Positions 46,459 through 62,662 are shown, counted from the stretch's first letter. The stretch: 64,000 bases of DNA from the human T2T-CHM13v2.0 reference genome, Homo sapiens (GCF_009914755.1 NC_060925.1), one strand, 5' to 3'. The notes: a model not told the origin generated them from the letters alone. Numbers and translations are program-made.

Positions 46459-47199
46459 CAAAAGATCAGGATTTCTAACTGGTGCTTTCCTGGATAGAGG
46501 TGATTCATAAATAAATGAGCTTATGTGCCACATCTTCATTATGTAATATACTTACACATTTTTTCCCATTTGCAACATGACTGAAATATCAGTCATTGGA
46601 AAACTCATGCTTTATGAGAGCTTCAAGAAGACCAATCGCCATCTCCCTGGGTAAGTGCTTTCACAGGGGTACACTGTTGTCCAGATCATTTGAGTCTTGT
46701 CACACTGGGGCAGTGCAGGCAGCCACATATGGGGTCTATGAGCTCTGATTTCTACTGTGATCTTTAGGTTACCTTACTGAAAGGAGTTTGGAGTCAGAAT
46801 TGGGATGTTCTACTGCCTTTGAAGAATTCTAAAAAGCTTTATTTCCCTGTCCAGATGGACAGAACAAAACCCAAGGAAATGAGTTTTGATAACACCCTAT
46901 ATGGTAACAAAGTTTTAGTTCATCCATAAACGTTTGGGTAAAGAACACCATACTGGATCCTGGAAAAGAGGGTGAAAAGGATAGTGCTCCAGAAGAAAAT
47001 GAATCAATGGTTTCTGTTTTCACGGTGTCAGAAGAACGTAAGACTGAAGTGACAATCAGATATCACCTGGCACAAGTTCAGCCCTGTGGGCTGTTCCATC
47101 CAACCTGCAGGTCTCCTCTCCCTTGAAGACCTTTGCCTCTGCTCCATCCTCTTACCTGATCTAACATGTGGGCCTCCTCTCCTACAAGAACCTACATCA

Positions 47200-47516
47200 T
47201 TAATTTTATTTTTTATGTACTTTTTTTGAGATGGAGTCTTACTCTGTTGCCTAGGCTGGAGTGCAGTGGTGCCATCTTGGCTCACTGCAACCTCCACCTT
47301 CTGGGTTCAAGTGATTCTCGTGCTTCATCCTCTTGAGAAGCTGGGATTACAGGTGTGCACCACTAAGCCCAGCTAATTTTTTTATTTTTTATTTTTAGTA
47401 GAGATGGGGTTTCATCACGTTGGCCAGGCTGGCCTTGAACTCCTGGCCTAAAGTGATCCACCCACCTCAGCCTCCCGAAGTGCTGGGATTACAGGTGTAA
47501 GCCACTGCACCCGGCC
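47200..47516 (-). mobile_element. AluS
   Basis: Alu dimer; TSD acctacatc. Confidence 0.93.
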
Positions 47517-47906
47517 TAAGGACCTACATCTTTATTCCACCCACCTGCTCTATCCAATACACAGGTCTCATTTCCCATGAAGACCTACAACTCTTCTCCA
47601 TCCATCTGCTCTTCCCAGTGGATGGGCCTCCTCTCCTACCAGTACTTTCACTTCTGCTCCATCCACCTCCCCCACTGTCCCTATAGCACTTTCAGGCTAT
47701 AACGAGATCCACCCTTAACCCTTCCTGCTTCTCCCATTCTACGTTCTCTTCTTAATTCCTTCTCTACTGAGGCTGGGCTTCCCATACTGATGGCACCCTC
47801 AGCTCTCTTGCCCCTCGTTATAAGAGCACACCCCCTCTCCTCAATGATGACATTCTTCTCTCTCCACTCCTGAATGGGAGCCGCCAGTTCCACTTAGAGA
47901 AATCTT

Positions 47907-48206
47907 GCCAGGTGTGGTGGTTCATGCCTGTAATCCTAGTGCTTTGGGAGGCAGAGGCAGAGCCAGGAGGATCGCTTGAGGCCAAGAGTTCAAGACCAGC
48001 CTGGGCAACACAGCGAGATCCCATCCCTACAAAAATTAAAAAAATTAGCCAGGCATGGTGGGACATACCTGTAGTCCCAGCTACTTGGGAGGCTGGGGTG
48101 GAAGGATTGCTTGAGCCCAGGAGCTCAAGGCCGTAGTGAACAAAGACTGTGCCACTGCACTCCAGCCTGGGTGACACAGTGAGACCCTGACTCTAGGGAA
48201 AAGAGA

Positions 48207-48238
<32 letters not shown>

Positions 48239-48240
48239 GA
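47907..48240 (+). mobile_element. AluJ with a (GA)n tail
   Basis: Alu dimer plus GA microsatellite. Confidence 0.92.
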
Positions 48241-49362
48241 AACTTCACAACTATGAAGTTGTAGTTTCCAGTCTTGGTTGGGCCATGATCATTCCCAACT
48301 ATTTATTCCTTGTCCATCACCAATTTCTGCTTCTATACACCATAGTGGAAGCAGTGCTCTGCCACTCCCCTCGAGCATGCTCTGCAGCCCCAGCCTCCTC
48401 GTTGCTTCCCTCAAAAGACCATGCCTCCTACATGCATTACAGCACCATTCAACAAGGCCTTCTCCAACCTCCATTCTCCACTTGGCTTCTCCCACCCTTA
48501 GCTGTGTCTGTTTTTTACCTTTACTGACCCCAAAGGAAGCCGGTTCTCTTCTCCTTTAATTGTGCTGAATTCTGCCCTTCCTACTACCTCCCAAGATCTC
48601 ATTCCCTCTTGAGTGGATCGCCACATGACACTTCTCCAGGGGTTCCATTCTTTATAGACCTGCTTCTACTTCTTTTCTGAGAATGGACTCTCCTGACCCT
48701 GGCTTTGCCCCTCTACTACTCTCTCATTTTTTTCCCTTCACTTTCAAACATCATAAAAGCCTACACTCACTTGATTTCACTTCTCCACCTACAACTCACT
48801 ACTCACTGCACCCACTGTCTCTGGCTTCAGCAGCACCGGCCAGTTGGCTGAGACTGCTAAGTTCCTTGGCGCATTGCTCAAATGCTGCAACTTCTTTCTG
48901 ACGTTCCAGGACTCCCCCTGCAGCCCTCCCACAACTTAGATTAATGGTTTCATCCTTAACTTCCTTTAGAATTTAGGTTGAGCCATAGGAAATTGCTGTT
49001 ATGGAGTTCTAAAAGGATTGAATTTTGGCAATTTTCTGTGGCTCAGCCTAATTCCCTTTTCACACTTCTTTTGTAACTAATTTCACTTTATTGCAAATGT
49101 TTGCAAATGTGGTTATCTCCTTCATCAGACTCTTAGTGCAGGGATTCTGCTTTCTTTATTTGCACTTTGCCAGTGCCTACAGCATAAAAGATGCTTGCTG
49201 AGCACCAGCTGGGTGAATGCCCCTTTCAGAAGGAGGGGCGCAGGGACAGTGCTCAGGCTGGCCTGGCGAGAACACTGCAGGGATGAAGAGCACTGATCTG
49301 GCTGCAGGATGCTGGGGAGGAGGAAGATCCCAGCCCTTCTGCGGTAGAGCCCTGATTTGTAC

Positions 49363-49577
49363 CTGTGGTGTTTCAGACTGGTGTGAGTGATGCTGCTTCT
49401 GTGACCCGGAGCCATGGCTGTCTGCCTTGCTTTTGGTGATCACCACGCTCCCACGAACACTCTTTCCAGGTTTAATTTCTGGGGCCACCAGAGTCATCTC
49501 GGAGGCTAACTTGCCCAAAGTGTCAGTGCTCAGTCGTCCTTGCCCTATGACGTTTTGACCCACAGCTGCCTCCTGGG
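49363..49577 (-). CDS. HYDIN2: Exon ~41 (QEAAVGQNVIG...SETPQ), 215 nt
   Basis: tatag|CC acceptor, CAG|gtacaa donor; phase 1 to 0. Confidence 0.93.
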
Positions 49578-49654
49578 CTATAAGGAGAGGGTGAATTTTT
49601 ATTAAAAGTCACCTTAGAATCACAAAAAATGACAGTGGGGATGACACTCTGAAG

Positions 49655-49840
49655 TCCGTTCTGTCCAATAGACATATAATGTGAACCACATATGTATGTA
49701 ATTTAAACATTTCTAGTTGCCACATTAAAAAGGTAAAAATTAATTTTAGGGACATATTTTAACCCAATATACACAAAATGTGATCATTTTAACATGTAAT
49801 GTATAAAAATTGCTACTGTGTTATTTCCAAGTCTTTTCTT
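49655..49840. mobile_element. MER3/MER33-like DNA transposon fragment
   Basis: ctgtccaataga...ttctagttgccacattaaaaaggtaaaa. Confidence 0.65.
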
Positions 49841-51148
49841 TATATCACATCTTCAGGGTTCCCATGGGTGCTGTACATTCACCGCACACCTCTGTTTGGA
49901 CCAGCTGGGTTCATGTGCTCAGCAGCCCCTAGGGCCAGTGGCTACCGTATGGCACAGGCAGGTTCGGGTTCACTGCCACCACTTCATTCCAGCCTACCAA
50001 CTCCACAGTGACAACAGATGCAGGAGAGATGTGAGGGCCTAACCCCTCCATTGCAAAGGCTCTATCCAAAGACCCCAGGGACCTCCCAACTGGGAAATTC
50101 AGCCACCTTCTACTCAGGGCTCATTCTATTTGGGCTTCTGGCAGTCTCTAATTCTGTTCATTTCTTGATTCAATGAATCCTTTATGAATCTTTATTATGT
50201 GTCAACTATGCCAGGCATTCTTCCAGGTGCTGGGACTACAGTGGGGAAAATTAACACAAGCCCCTGCCTCCAGAGCTTACATGGGGTTGGGGCAGACAAT
50301 AAAGGAGGTAGATCAGTATTAGGTTAGCTAGACAAGTGGGCTGTGAGATTAGGCCAGCAGGAAGGCTCCCTGTCCAGCAGGGCTCTGAGGGACGTGAAAC
50401 TCCTCCTCGCTTCTCCCTTTCCTAAGGCTCTGGGGCCCTTTCCTTGACTTCTCTGACAGTCCCTGTGGCCCTGGCTCTGCTGTCTCTACTTCCCGGCTTC
50501 CCCATGACCCCTCCTGAAATGTAGGTGTTCCCCATGGTCCTAAACTGCCTCATCCAGCAAACATTCCTCCTGGCTCATTCTGGGCTTTTCTGGCTGCTTC
50601 ATCTACCCTAGTGGTTTCATGGAGAAAGACTCTCCCAGCTGTGTCTCTAGCTTGATGTTATTTTCTCAGACCAGGAACTCAAATTCACCCTTAGGCACAG
50701 GACATAAACATGGCTCCACAGATCACTATGAAATGTAGACTATTTCACAGAAAAGGAAATAAAAAATTTAAGAGAACCAGCATTAGGGCATAGCCAGAGG
50801 TTCTCACTAAAGAGCTATTTCTCTTATCTTCCCAGCAAAGAATCTTCCATTTCCCTAAGTGTCCCACGCAGAGGTATTGAGGGGAGGGGACAACCCTGAA
50901 AGTCCCAGCCAGTTTTATCAACTAGCAGGCTGGAAGCATTCTTGGGATGACGTCATGCCATGGGCACTGACATAGGAATGCTTCCCCTCTGAGCAGGCGC
51001 TCTGCTTGGTGTTTAGTATATTTTCCCATCAAGCAGCTGCTCGCCTGCCCTGAAGGTCCTCAAATAACCTGATGGAGCCAGAATTCTCAACTTTTTGTAG
51101 GAAGGCCACACCAGACCTCCCCACTATGCGATTCCAAAACTCAATTCA

Positions 51149-51568
<420 letters not shown>

Positions 51569-52342
51569 CTAGGAAGCTGGGCGTGGCCATCTTGAATCCC
51601 TCTTACTCCTTCAATTCTCCACCATGCAGGTGGCTGTCGGGTTGGCCGGCCCAGGCCCATTTGTCTGCAGCTTCACTATCGCTTCCTTTACATGATAGTC
51701 AAGGGCTACCTTCCTATTGTGATTTTCTGATCATTTCTCCATAGTGTGAAACTGTCCCAATAGCTCTTTTCCTTGAACATAAAACTCAAATTCCTCATCT
51801 TGGCATTCAAGGTGAACAATGATTGGCCTCAACCTGCCTTCCCACCCCTAATTTATGACCAGTTTCCCTGCTTTTTTGGTCTGGAATATCCTTGTCCCCA
51901 TCTTTGCCTACTAATATTCTCTTGCTTCTTCAAACCCATTTCCTTGAAAACTTCCCACATCACCCTTGTTGGAACCCATTCATCCCAAAGTCGCTCTTTC
52001 AAAGAAGCTGGTATTTCTGTTGCAAAATTATTTTCCTCTGCTCTGAGTGACCGCATGTCTGCTTCCCTCACCAGATGTCAGACTACCAAAGGTGTGGGCT
52101 GTGTCTTATTCATTGTCCTGGTCCCCACAGTGGCAAGAGCACGCTGGCATTGGGCAGGGCAGGAGACCCAGGAATGCTTCGTGAAGAGAATTCTCCTCTG
52201 GGCTATGAAGTTGGCAGCATGCTGTAGGGCAGACTTCAACCAGGCTGTGGGAGGAGAGCTCAGTGGGGCACAGAGAAGATGGGTGTTGTCAGTGGGGGTG
52301 TTGGTGACTTGACCACAAAAACCCAAGAGAATGGGCTCTTAC

Positions 52343-52516
52343 CAGCCTCCTCTCCTTCCTTCATGGACTGCTCTATGGCAGCCCTGATGCAGAGCTCACA
52401 GGCCCGGATCCCTGGGATGTTGTTGCTGTTGGCCACAGCTTCCAGCACAATGGAGTCGATGCTCAGGCAGGCTGCGTTGTAGTACTTGGCCACGCTAACG
52501 GCATTGGCTGACTTTC
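52343..52516 (-). CDS. HYDIN2: Exon ~40 (KSANAVSVAKYY...EGEEA), 174 nt
   Basis: aatag|GA acceptor, G|gtaaga donor; phase 1 to 1. Confidence 0.93.
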
Positions 52517-52776
52517 CTATTAAAAAGACCAGGGGGTTGAATTTCACGGTGCTCATTTGCTCAGTGTCCCAGAGAGAAAAGGTCTCAAGAGCAGAGGTCC
52601 CTGCAAAGTGATCTCTCTGAGTGCTCTGCCTCCTTCCCATGTGGCTGGAGGTGTTAGCAGCAAAGAGAAGGAAGACCTCAGCCTGGAGTCAGGGCTGTGG
52701 GTCTGATTCTAACCCTGCCACTGATGCGTGCGTGCTGTGGCAATCTGCATCCTCGCTGGGTTTTCCCTCAGTTTAA

Positions 52777-53092
<316 letters not shown>

Positions 53093-53376
53093 TAAGAAAC
53101 AGGTTCTATCAGATGATCTTTAAAATACTTTGTAGTTCCTCCTGTCTCTGATTCTAATAGGAAAACTTTTTATTTTAAAGAATAACTTGTGTTGATTTCT
53201 TTTCTCATTTCAAGGTACTTTCATTACAAAAAAAAAAAGCAGACAATTCAGATATAACAGACAAGAGAAAAGAAAAAAAATCCATCATCCACTCATTCAG
53301 GGATAGTACAGTTAGTTAGCCTATGGTCGCTAAGTACACATGTAACTGTATTTCTTATAAAAAAAGAAATAGGTTA

Positions 53377-53842
53377 TGTGGTAGGCTGAATAATGGCTCC
53401 TCCAAAGATTTCCACCTGCAAATATGTTACCTTTTAGGGTAAAAGAGACTTTGCAGATGTGATTAATTTACAGATCTTGATATGGGGGGTTAGCCTGGAT
53501 TATCCAACCGGGCGCAATGGGTCCCCATGAGAGGAGAGCAGGAGGGTTGGAGTCAGAGCAGGTCAATCAACCATGGAAGTAGCAGGAGAGACTGGGAGAT
53601 GCTATGCTGATGGCTGGGAAGGAGGAAGAAGGGGCCAGGAACCAAGGGTTGCAGGCAACATTTCTAGAAGCTAGAAGAGATAAGGAAACGGATTGTCCCC
53701 CAGATCCTCCAAGAAGGAACACAGTCATGCTCACCCATTTTAGACTTCTGTCCTCCAGACCTATGGGAGTATAAATTTGCATTATGTGAAGCCATGAAGT
53801 CTGTGGTCACTTGTTATAGTAGCAACGGGGCACTAATACTAA
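53377..53842 (+). mobile_element. MLT1 (MLT1C/D-like) LTR
   Basis: tgtggtaggctgaataatgg...gactttgcagatgtgattaa...ctaatac. Confidence 0.83.
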
Positions 53843-53931
53843 CTACACACCGTGAGTATGGCACCCTTTCTCATGTAAAATGATATATCATGAACAACTT
53901 TCCATTAATTCAATACACTTGTATGACACTG

Positions 53932-54733
<802 letters not shown>

Positions 54734-56616
54734 ACACTGTTTTTAATGGCAATAAAATTCACCATATAAATGTACTGTGGCCTGATTAACCAGTTCCCCA
54801 TATTGAATGTTGTAATTGCTCCCGAGTTTCTATTACAGCATACAGTGCTGCAGTGAACATTCAAGCAGTTCATCTTGTCCACATCATTAATTATTTTTCC
54901 TAAGAAAATTTTAGAAGTAACATTGTCAGGTCAGAGTCTGCACATATATTTCTTTCTCTTTTTAAATAATTTAATGTCTGGGATTTTTTTCTCTAATATT
55001 TTAATATTTTTAAATTACGGAAAGAATACAATTCAAACAATTCAGAGATGTATACGTTCCAAATGAGGTGTCTTCCCTCTCCTTCTTAATCCCCTCTCTG
55101 AGGTCAGCAATTTAATAGTTTGGGGATAATCCTTAATGATATGGATTATAAACAAAAGAGTCTCTTATTGCCTTCAAAAGTTGTATGTTCTAACTTCACC
55201 ATAAACAAAAGGGGAAAAATAACTTATATTGATCAGTCTGATTTTGACATAGGCTGTTAAGCTGTTCTTCATGAAGATTCTGTGAAAGCTGTAAGGTTCC
55301 ATAAAAATGTCAGGCTTGTTATTACTGTAGCTCACACTCTAATAGGCTTTTCACCTGCAGATGAGAAGTGACTGAGCCTCCACTAGAACAGGGCTGGTGG
55401 CTCTTTCCAGGTCAGTGCCTTTTTGGTGTTAACTCTCCAGCTGTCTGCAGTTTCTATGGATCCATCAACCATCCTTCTGACATTCCTTTTAGTGCAACAC
55501 TAAAATGGCCTGAGCCTCTGCAGGTGTGTTTGTGTAGGGGGTCTTCAAAACATTTCCAGTTATGTTCTTACTTGCCTCGTTTGATTTCTGCCTCTTGCCC
55601 ACACATCTGGCCTTCTACTTTTTAGGTCCTGATTTACAACTTCTCAAGGAAAGGTTCTTCAAAGGAAGGGGTAATGAATTGTGACATTTTTAGATTCCTG
55701 GACCTCTCAGTGATTAGAATATCAAAAATGCTCCATAAATGTTGTCTGTATGAATGATAGTAATTGGGTCAGAACAAGATTTCATGGCCCTTCGTCAAGT
55801 AAGCTGAAGCTAAGAGAGGTGGCAGGGCATCCTCCCAATATCCCTCTGCTCTGCCGCTTTCTAACTGGGTGACCTTGGGCAGATGTCCTTGAATTTCTCT
55901 GAACCTTAGCTTCCCATAAGGTAGGGGAAATCAAATTCTCTTTTCTGAGTGGTTACGAAGTTTAGATAGACAAATGGATGGGAAGGAGCTCTGTGAACTG
56001 CAAATTACTATACAAACAAGATTTTTTTTTTCCCAATGTAGGTGATTCTGCTCCTTTGGGTTTATGGTAAAGTTAGCACATGTAATTTTGGAGGTAATAA
56101 AGGATTCTCGTTAAAAAATCCTTTCTTTATCAAGGGCTCATCCCTTGACTGGTTTATGGTTAGGAAAATATTCCTTGAGAATATTTAGCATGTGATGGAA
56201 GTTTCTTTTCAAAGAGGATTCACACTGCAGGTATGGTTATAATTGTGAATGCCAACAGTCATCATAGTAATAACAATGATAACATCAACAGCTTTTCGTT
56301 TGAGTATTTACTATGTGCCAAGTATTGAGATAAGCATTTTATATAAATGTTCTCATTAAATTCTCATGACTACCCTATAAAATAGACAGCGTTAATACCA
56401 CTTTACGGACAGGGAAACTGAGCACAGACAATTTAGTTAATTTTCCCAAAGGCACACAGCTATTAATGTATATTCACTACCCTATGCAGTTCCTCAAATA
56501 AAGTCATTAGTATTTGCCATGACCACACAGCTGATGTTGCCACTCTGGAAGCCGCAGAGTTTACAGAGAAGACATGGCACTGCTGGTCTTAACCTCCCCT
56601 CAGAACTGTTGCCTAC

Positions 56617-56790
56617 CTGACAAGGGTGTCCCGTGAATGATAATGGCGATGCCTTTCCGGTTCTTGGCCAGGCGGCCTTCTGCAGAAATGTCAATGCCCA
56701 GGTGGCGAGCGATTGCTTTGCTCACTGGGTTGTTTTCCACCTCTCCAACTTCCTCCATGGAGTGGCTGTCAATGCTCTGAAGCTTGTCAG
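56617..56790 (-). CDS. HYDIN2: Exon ~39 (DKLQSID...IIIHGTPLS), 174 nt; first part of the P-loop
   Basis: tgcag|CT acceptor, G|gtaggc donor; phase 1 to 1. Confidence 0.93.
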
Positions 56791-57207
56791 CTGCAAATTT
56801 AAAATATATGTGTGTGCACACATGGCATGCATGCTACACAGCCGGAATTTACATGGGTACTGATGGAAATGGGAATGGATATTTCTTTTTAAATGCTGTT
56901 TTTTTTAAATGGCAAATATTGCAGCAGTCCCCACTTGTAGTGTACGAGAAGGCCCTTTTGGGCTAATAATTTGTTTATAGCTACTAAAATAAAAAAACAG
57001 ATTTTTTGACTCCACTTTCATTTTGGGGAATCTCTCTTGCTGAAAAGTAGAAAGGACATTTGTGTGGAGAGGAGGATGGCTTACAGTGCAAAATATTAGA
57101 AACTAGTGAAATCTGCAGCATTAAGGGAAATGGCTGAATAAATGATGGTAAATTCATATTATAGAACCAATACACAGCAGCTATTAAAATGATGACTTCG
57201 GTATCAC

Positions 57208-57428
57208 AGACTAGTCAACTATAGCCCACAGGCCAAATCTGTCCTGCTGCTTGTTTTCGTAAATCAAGTTGTATTGGAACATAGCCACGTCCTTTGATTA
57301 CATATTGTCTTTGTCATCACAGCCACCCTCCAAAGGCAGGGTTGAGTAGTTTTGGCAGAGACTGTATAGCCTTCAAAGCCCCAAATATTTACTATCTGGC
57401 CTTTTATGGGAAAAGTTTGCCAAACCTT
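57208..57428. mobile_element. MER58-like DNA transposon
   Basis: aactatagcccacaggccaaatc...atatttactatctggccttt...aagtttgc. Confidence 0.78.
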
Positions 57429-57596
57429 GATTTATCAAATGCATTGGCCTAGAGGAACGTCTAGAAAAAAGCAAGCTGCAGGATCATATGTGTATTAATT
57501 GTAGAGTAGTGTGCAGCCAGATACATATAGTCATCCCAAATACATTCAGTGTTTTAATAACAAAACTAGGATGACACTCTGAATTTTGCTCTGTAA

Positions 57597-57960
<364 letters not shown>

Positions 57961-58928
57961 TAGCTCATTCTTTTTAAATAGCTGCTAAATAACTCCCACT
58001 GTATGGCTTTGTCACAATTTCACTAGTTCCCTACTAATGGGCATTTAGATGGTTTTCATGTTTTTTCATCCTAAGCATTGTGGTATGCTTTCTTCTACGT
58101 GGGATGTCCAGGGTCAGCCCTGGAGGAGCCCAGGCATGGGGAGCAGAGTCAGGGTGTATGGGGTGGGGAGGGCTGCTCGGAGAGACCAGGAACCACTTGG
58201 GGGCCCATCAGCATAGCCAGGGTGGATTAAATGTGAGGCATGGAGCCAGAAATTTCTGTCTTTAATCTCAGTTTTGCCATTACATGTTCCTGACTTCATT
58301 TACTCACCTGGTTGATGAGGGCTATGAATGATGACTTAGCTCCCTAAAGATCTCCTGAGCCTCACCCATGATTCCTATTCTGGGGGTGGGCACAGGACAA
58401 GGTTGCTTATGCCTTATCATGGTTTATGATGACCAGCAAATGGCCCCCATGAACCCAGTTTCACTGAATCTAATTTTCTGAATATGGTTCCAACATCTTG
58501 CAAAACTTGGGGAAAATAAATGCCAGAAAATGGGGCCATAATGCTGGGAGGTCAAGAGAAGAGCTCTCTAATGGCCCAACTGGGGGGACACTGGGGAGAA
58601 TGTCCCCCATCCCCATAATGTTTCTCTAAACACCTCCCAGTCTGCCAGAATCTTAGCAGGAAAGATTCAGGCCTTCATTTAGTCTAGTTGAAACACAAAT
58701 TACTGTGCCAAGAATGTATTATATGCTAAGCTCATCAGCCAACTCTCAAGCTTGTATCCTACTGTGAGTGGCAGATCAGAGCTTCTCCGGAGGGCAGCTG
58801 TGGTGGGCAGGGCAGGATGGGCTAGGAGCCATACTAGGAGGCTTAGAGAAAGTGACAAGGTACTGAATATTGTCTTCCTATTTCTGCTTGGAGAGAACTA
58901 GTATCAAAACATTAAAATGCTCGGTTAC

Positions 58929-59108
58929 TTTGGAAAATGATTTTTTCCAGGCTTTCCTCATCCTCCTCTTCCTCTAGGTAGGTTTTGGACTCGACCAACA
59001 GGGCGTGCCATTCTTCCAGGTTGGATGTGACAGAGATCCCTCGGCTCAGCGATGTCCTCTTTGTGCTATTGGAGGTTCCCTGATCTGATGAGGTTATATC
59101 TTCCTCTT
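58929..59108 (-). CDS. HYDIN2: Exon ~38 (EEDITSSDQG...KIIFQ), 180 nt
   Basis: ggcag|AA acceptor, A|gtaacc donor; phase 1 to 1. Confidence 0.93.
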
Positions 59109-60249
59109 CTGCCAGGTAGCAAAGGATGAAAACACCAGGGGAAGAGTTGGGAGGGGGACAAGGGAGATGGAGGCAGAAAAGGAAAAAAAAGATGAAGAAG
59201 AGATTCACCATACGGGCTCCCATCACCCTGGACCATTCAACCCAAATAAACAAGAACTGCAGTCAGTTGGCTATTCCTCAGTCTCTCTGTGCACAGTGTT
59301 TCTACATTTTAACATTTGTTTAGCAACTAAAATTATACATTTGCTTAGAAAATGTGGAAAACTCAGAAGAGCCAAAAATGATGGAATTCAGCTACAAAAA
59401 GAGTTGGAGATAGACAAAGAAATGGTGACAGAGAAATTGTACCAAATTTTATCATACCAGCACAGGAGAGCTGCAACCTCTCAGATTTTTAATTTTTAAT
59501 TGTTTGAAACTAAGCTTGGGTTATATTGTACATACTGATGTGTAGCCTGCTTTCCCTTTTAATTTATCATGACCATTTCCTGTGTCATTGTTAGGGACAG
59601 CTATCCTTTCGTTGGCCCAACACCTTCCTCATTGATTGCCCATTGTTCTATAGCATTTCAGGGGTGCAGTGGGCTGTGACTGTATGAGGTGATCCCCCTC
59701 TACTACAGGGCAAGACATTCCCTTTGTCACACAAGGTAGAAATTGAGCCTGAGGGGTTGCAGCTCTCTCATGAATGGTGGTCCTGTGACTTGGGGCTGTG
59801 GGCCTTCCCTGGAAGGAAGGGAAGCAGAGAAGGATGATCTATAGCGTGAGAGCAGAGCGAGTAGACAAAGCTCATCAGAGAGGCACTGGTGAGAAGCAGG
59901 GCGTGTGCCTTTCTGGGTTCCCTCTGCACCCACTGATCCTGGCTTAGATCACCTTCCATTGGGCCAGATGGGTAAGGGAGCCCACAATCATGGTGTGTGA
60001 GGACAAGGGGAGCACCAAGGCCTTCTCTGCCTTTGGGAGGTCCTTTGTACATTGCAGCCCTTGCTGCCCTGCCTTGGGCTGCTGGGCAGTCTCTCTGATG
60101 GTGTGTCTCTCCTCACACTCTCTCCATGACTGTGAGCTCTCAAAGGTAAGGATTCATTGCATTTTCTGATTTTTTTTTCCCCGGCACTTTTTTCACTAAT
60201 TTTGTTTTCCCACCACTTTAGCTCAGTGCTTGCAACACAGTGGGTCCTT

Positions 60250-60632
60250 GTGATGGGCTTAATGGTGTCCTTTCCCAATTCATATGTGGAAGTCCTAACA
60301 CCCGAGTATCTCAGAATGTGACTGCATTTGGAGATAGGACCTTTGAAAAGGTAATTAAGGTAAGATGAGGTCACATGGGTGGGTCCCAATCCAGTAGGAC
60401 TGGTGTCCTTATGAGGAGAGGAGATTAGGACACAGACACACACAGAAGGAAGACCAGGTGAAGACACAGGGAGAAGACAGCCAACTGCAAGATGGGATTC
60501 AGAAGAAAGCAACCCTGCTGCCACTCAGCCTTGGACTTCTAGCCTTCAGATTTGGGAGAAAAGAAACTTCTGTTGGTTAGGCCACCCAGTGTGTGGTACT
60601 TGCAATGGCAGCCCTAGCAAACTCAAGGAACG
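60250..60632 (+). mobile_element. MLT1B/C-like LTR
   Basis: aattcatatgtggaagtcctaac...gaatgtgactgcatttggagatagg...ggcagccctagcaaact. Confidence 0.85.
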
Positions 60633-61695
60633 TGACTAGGAGACGGGGTGGGTGGCAGCTGTCTTCTCTCATCTTCTCCTTTTAAGCCAAACTAGTGGTC
60701 TCTGATTAGCTTCTATTTCCTGGACAATGAGACAGGTCCAAGGGCAGGAAAAATAACTTCATTCAATCCATTAATGCATTCACTCACATAGCACCCATTT
60801 ATTGGGCACTATTGGGTCTACTGCTGTTCCATGCACTAGTTTTACACATGGGGAATATTTGATCAATGCCTTTACGGGGACTTCTTGGCTAGTGGTGGAG
60901 GCATTGTGAAGAAAATAATTACGTGTATGACTGTTACACAGATGAAAGCAAGTAAAAACAAGGTGGGTACATTTCTAGGATGAGGTTACAGAGAAGCAGG
61001 AAAGAGAAGATGCATCCTCATAAGTGACACAGTCCCACAAGTCAGCGAGGAACCTTTATGGCCAAGCACACAAGAGCCCCTGGGCAGATGATGGGATAAC
61101 TCAGGGGTGGTGGGCCAGAAAGGGCACAATTCTGAGAGCACAGGACAGCTCTGCGATTGGAGTTTGGCCTGAGGACTATGGAGGGGCTCGTCTTCTGCTT
61201 GTGTGAATGACCACCCCCTGCTTTTAGGGCACCAGTTTCTACCTTGTGTGACACATTACTTTGCCTTACCTAGGTCTACCCATAGGAAGCAGTGGTTACC
61301 ATCATGGACTCTGGAGTCAGAGAGCCCTGGGCTGGAATCCTGATTCTGCCACTTAAAACTGTGGACCTGGCCTCTCTGCGCTTCAGTTTCTCATCTGTAC
61401 GTCCAAAGCCCTCAACGTGGTATCCAGCAAGTGTTCTTCCATCTGTATTAGCTGTTTTTAGGTCATACTACCCCAATTGGGCCCTAGTGACAGCAGAATG
61501 TGTTCCAGCCTCTGCATCCATAAAATGGGGATAACGCGACCCATTTTGTAAGGGTTAGAAATAAAATACACAAGGCAGGCAGCACCTGCCTGGCACCTGG
61601 CAGGTACTCAGAAACAGGTTGGTCCCAGAGCAGGGGTAATTCAGAGGGGCAAAGGCAATGGTTAGCACGAGGTGTTCTCCACATTGAGTTCTCAC

Positions 61696-61864
61696 CATTC
61701 TCCTGTGCCAGATTCTCCAGATATTTCGCCCTCATCTGCTCCTCTTTTGACTTCTTTATCTCTTTGAAGTACTCGTACAGTTCTGGGGGCAGCTTCTCCC
61801 CAGGGTTGCGGGGAGGCAGCAGCAGGGTGTTGTAGGAATCATAGCCCTTCAGCTTCCGCAAGAT
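61696..61864 (-). CDS. HYDIN2: HYDIN-homologous exon ~37 (ILRKLKGYDSY...LAQEN), 169 nt
   Basis: gagcag|ATC acceptor, G|gtgag donor; phase 0 to 1; ORF 61484..61861. Confidence 0.93.
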
Positions 61865-62345
61865 CTGCTCGAAGGGAGAAAGAGAATCCTGTTGGTCTCA
61901 CTAGAAATCTCCCTGCAGCTCTAAGTGGGTCTGCTCACTGATTTTATAAAACTCCTGCTCCTGCCTGAGGCTGAGACTTGTACAAATACTTTCTGGATTT
62001 CAAAGAGTGGGGCCCTTTGGAGAGGTGTCAGAAGTAGGGCTGAGCTCTGAGCCTGTGGGGATACATGATCTTTATTTTGCTCCATTTCAGCCTGGGCATT
62101 TCACCTGTGGAAATATGTTTTCTTCTTGTTTTAAAACTAATATACACTCTTTTCCTTTTTTCCCCATGACAAAATTTCAGAACTCCATTATCTACCTTGA
62201 GTGACAATTCATTCTTAAACAATATTGTGGTTAGCAATTTTACATTAAGCAAGGGTGTGGTCTCATAAACAGAGGATCCAGGGGAAAAAAAGAGGTAAAA
62301 TAGTATTAAGTACGTGTATGTGTGCACATGTGTGTGAATGTGTAT

Positions 62346-62531
62346 TAGGGCTGCCAGATAAAATACAAGATGCCTAGTTAAATTTGAGTTTCAGATAAAC
62401 AATGAATAACTTTTTAGTATAAATATGTCCAGTGTAATATTTGAGACATACTAAAAAATATTTGTTATTTATCTGAAATTCAAATTTAACTAGACAGCCT
62501 GTATTTTTTTCTCCTAAATCTGGCAATCCTA
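62346..62531. mobile_element. MER53-like palindromic DNA element
   Basis: Terminal tagg..gccagat / atctggc..ccta and internal ctagttaaatttga / tcaaatttaactag inverted repeats. Confidence 0.82.
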
Positions 62532-62662
62532 GTGTGTATGTGTATTTACAAGACACAGCAAAATTAAGTTTTAAAAAGCATTTACTTCTTCTACAACCTG
62601 ATTTATTGATATCAAAAATCTGTTTTGTTAGGTAACCCTTCTTCAGGATCCCCATTTTTAGT

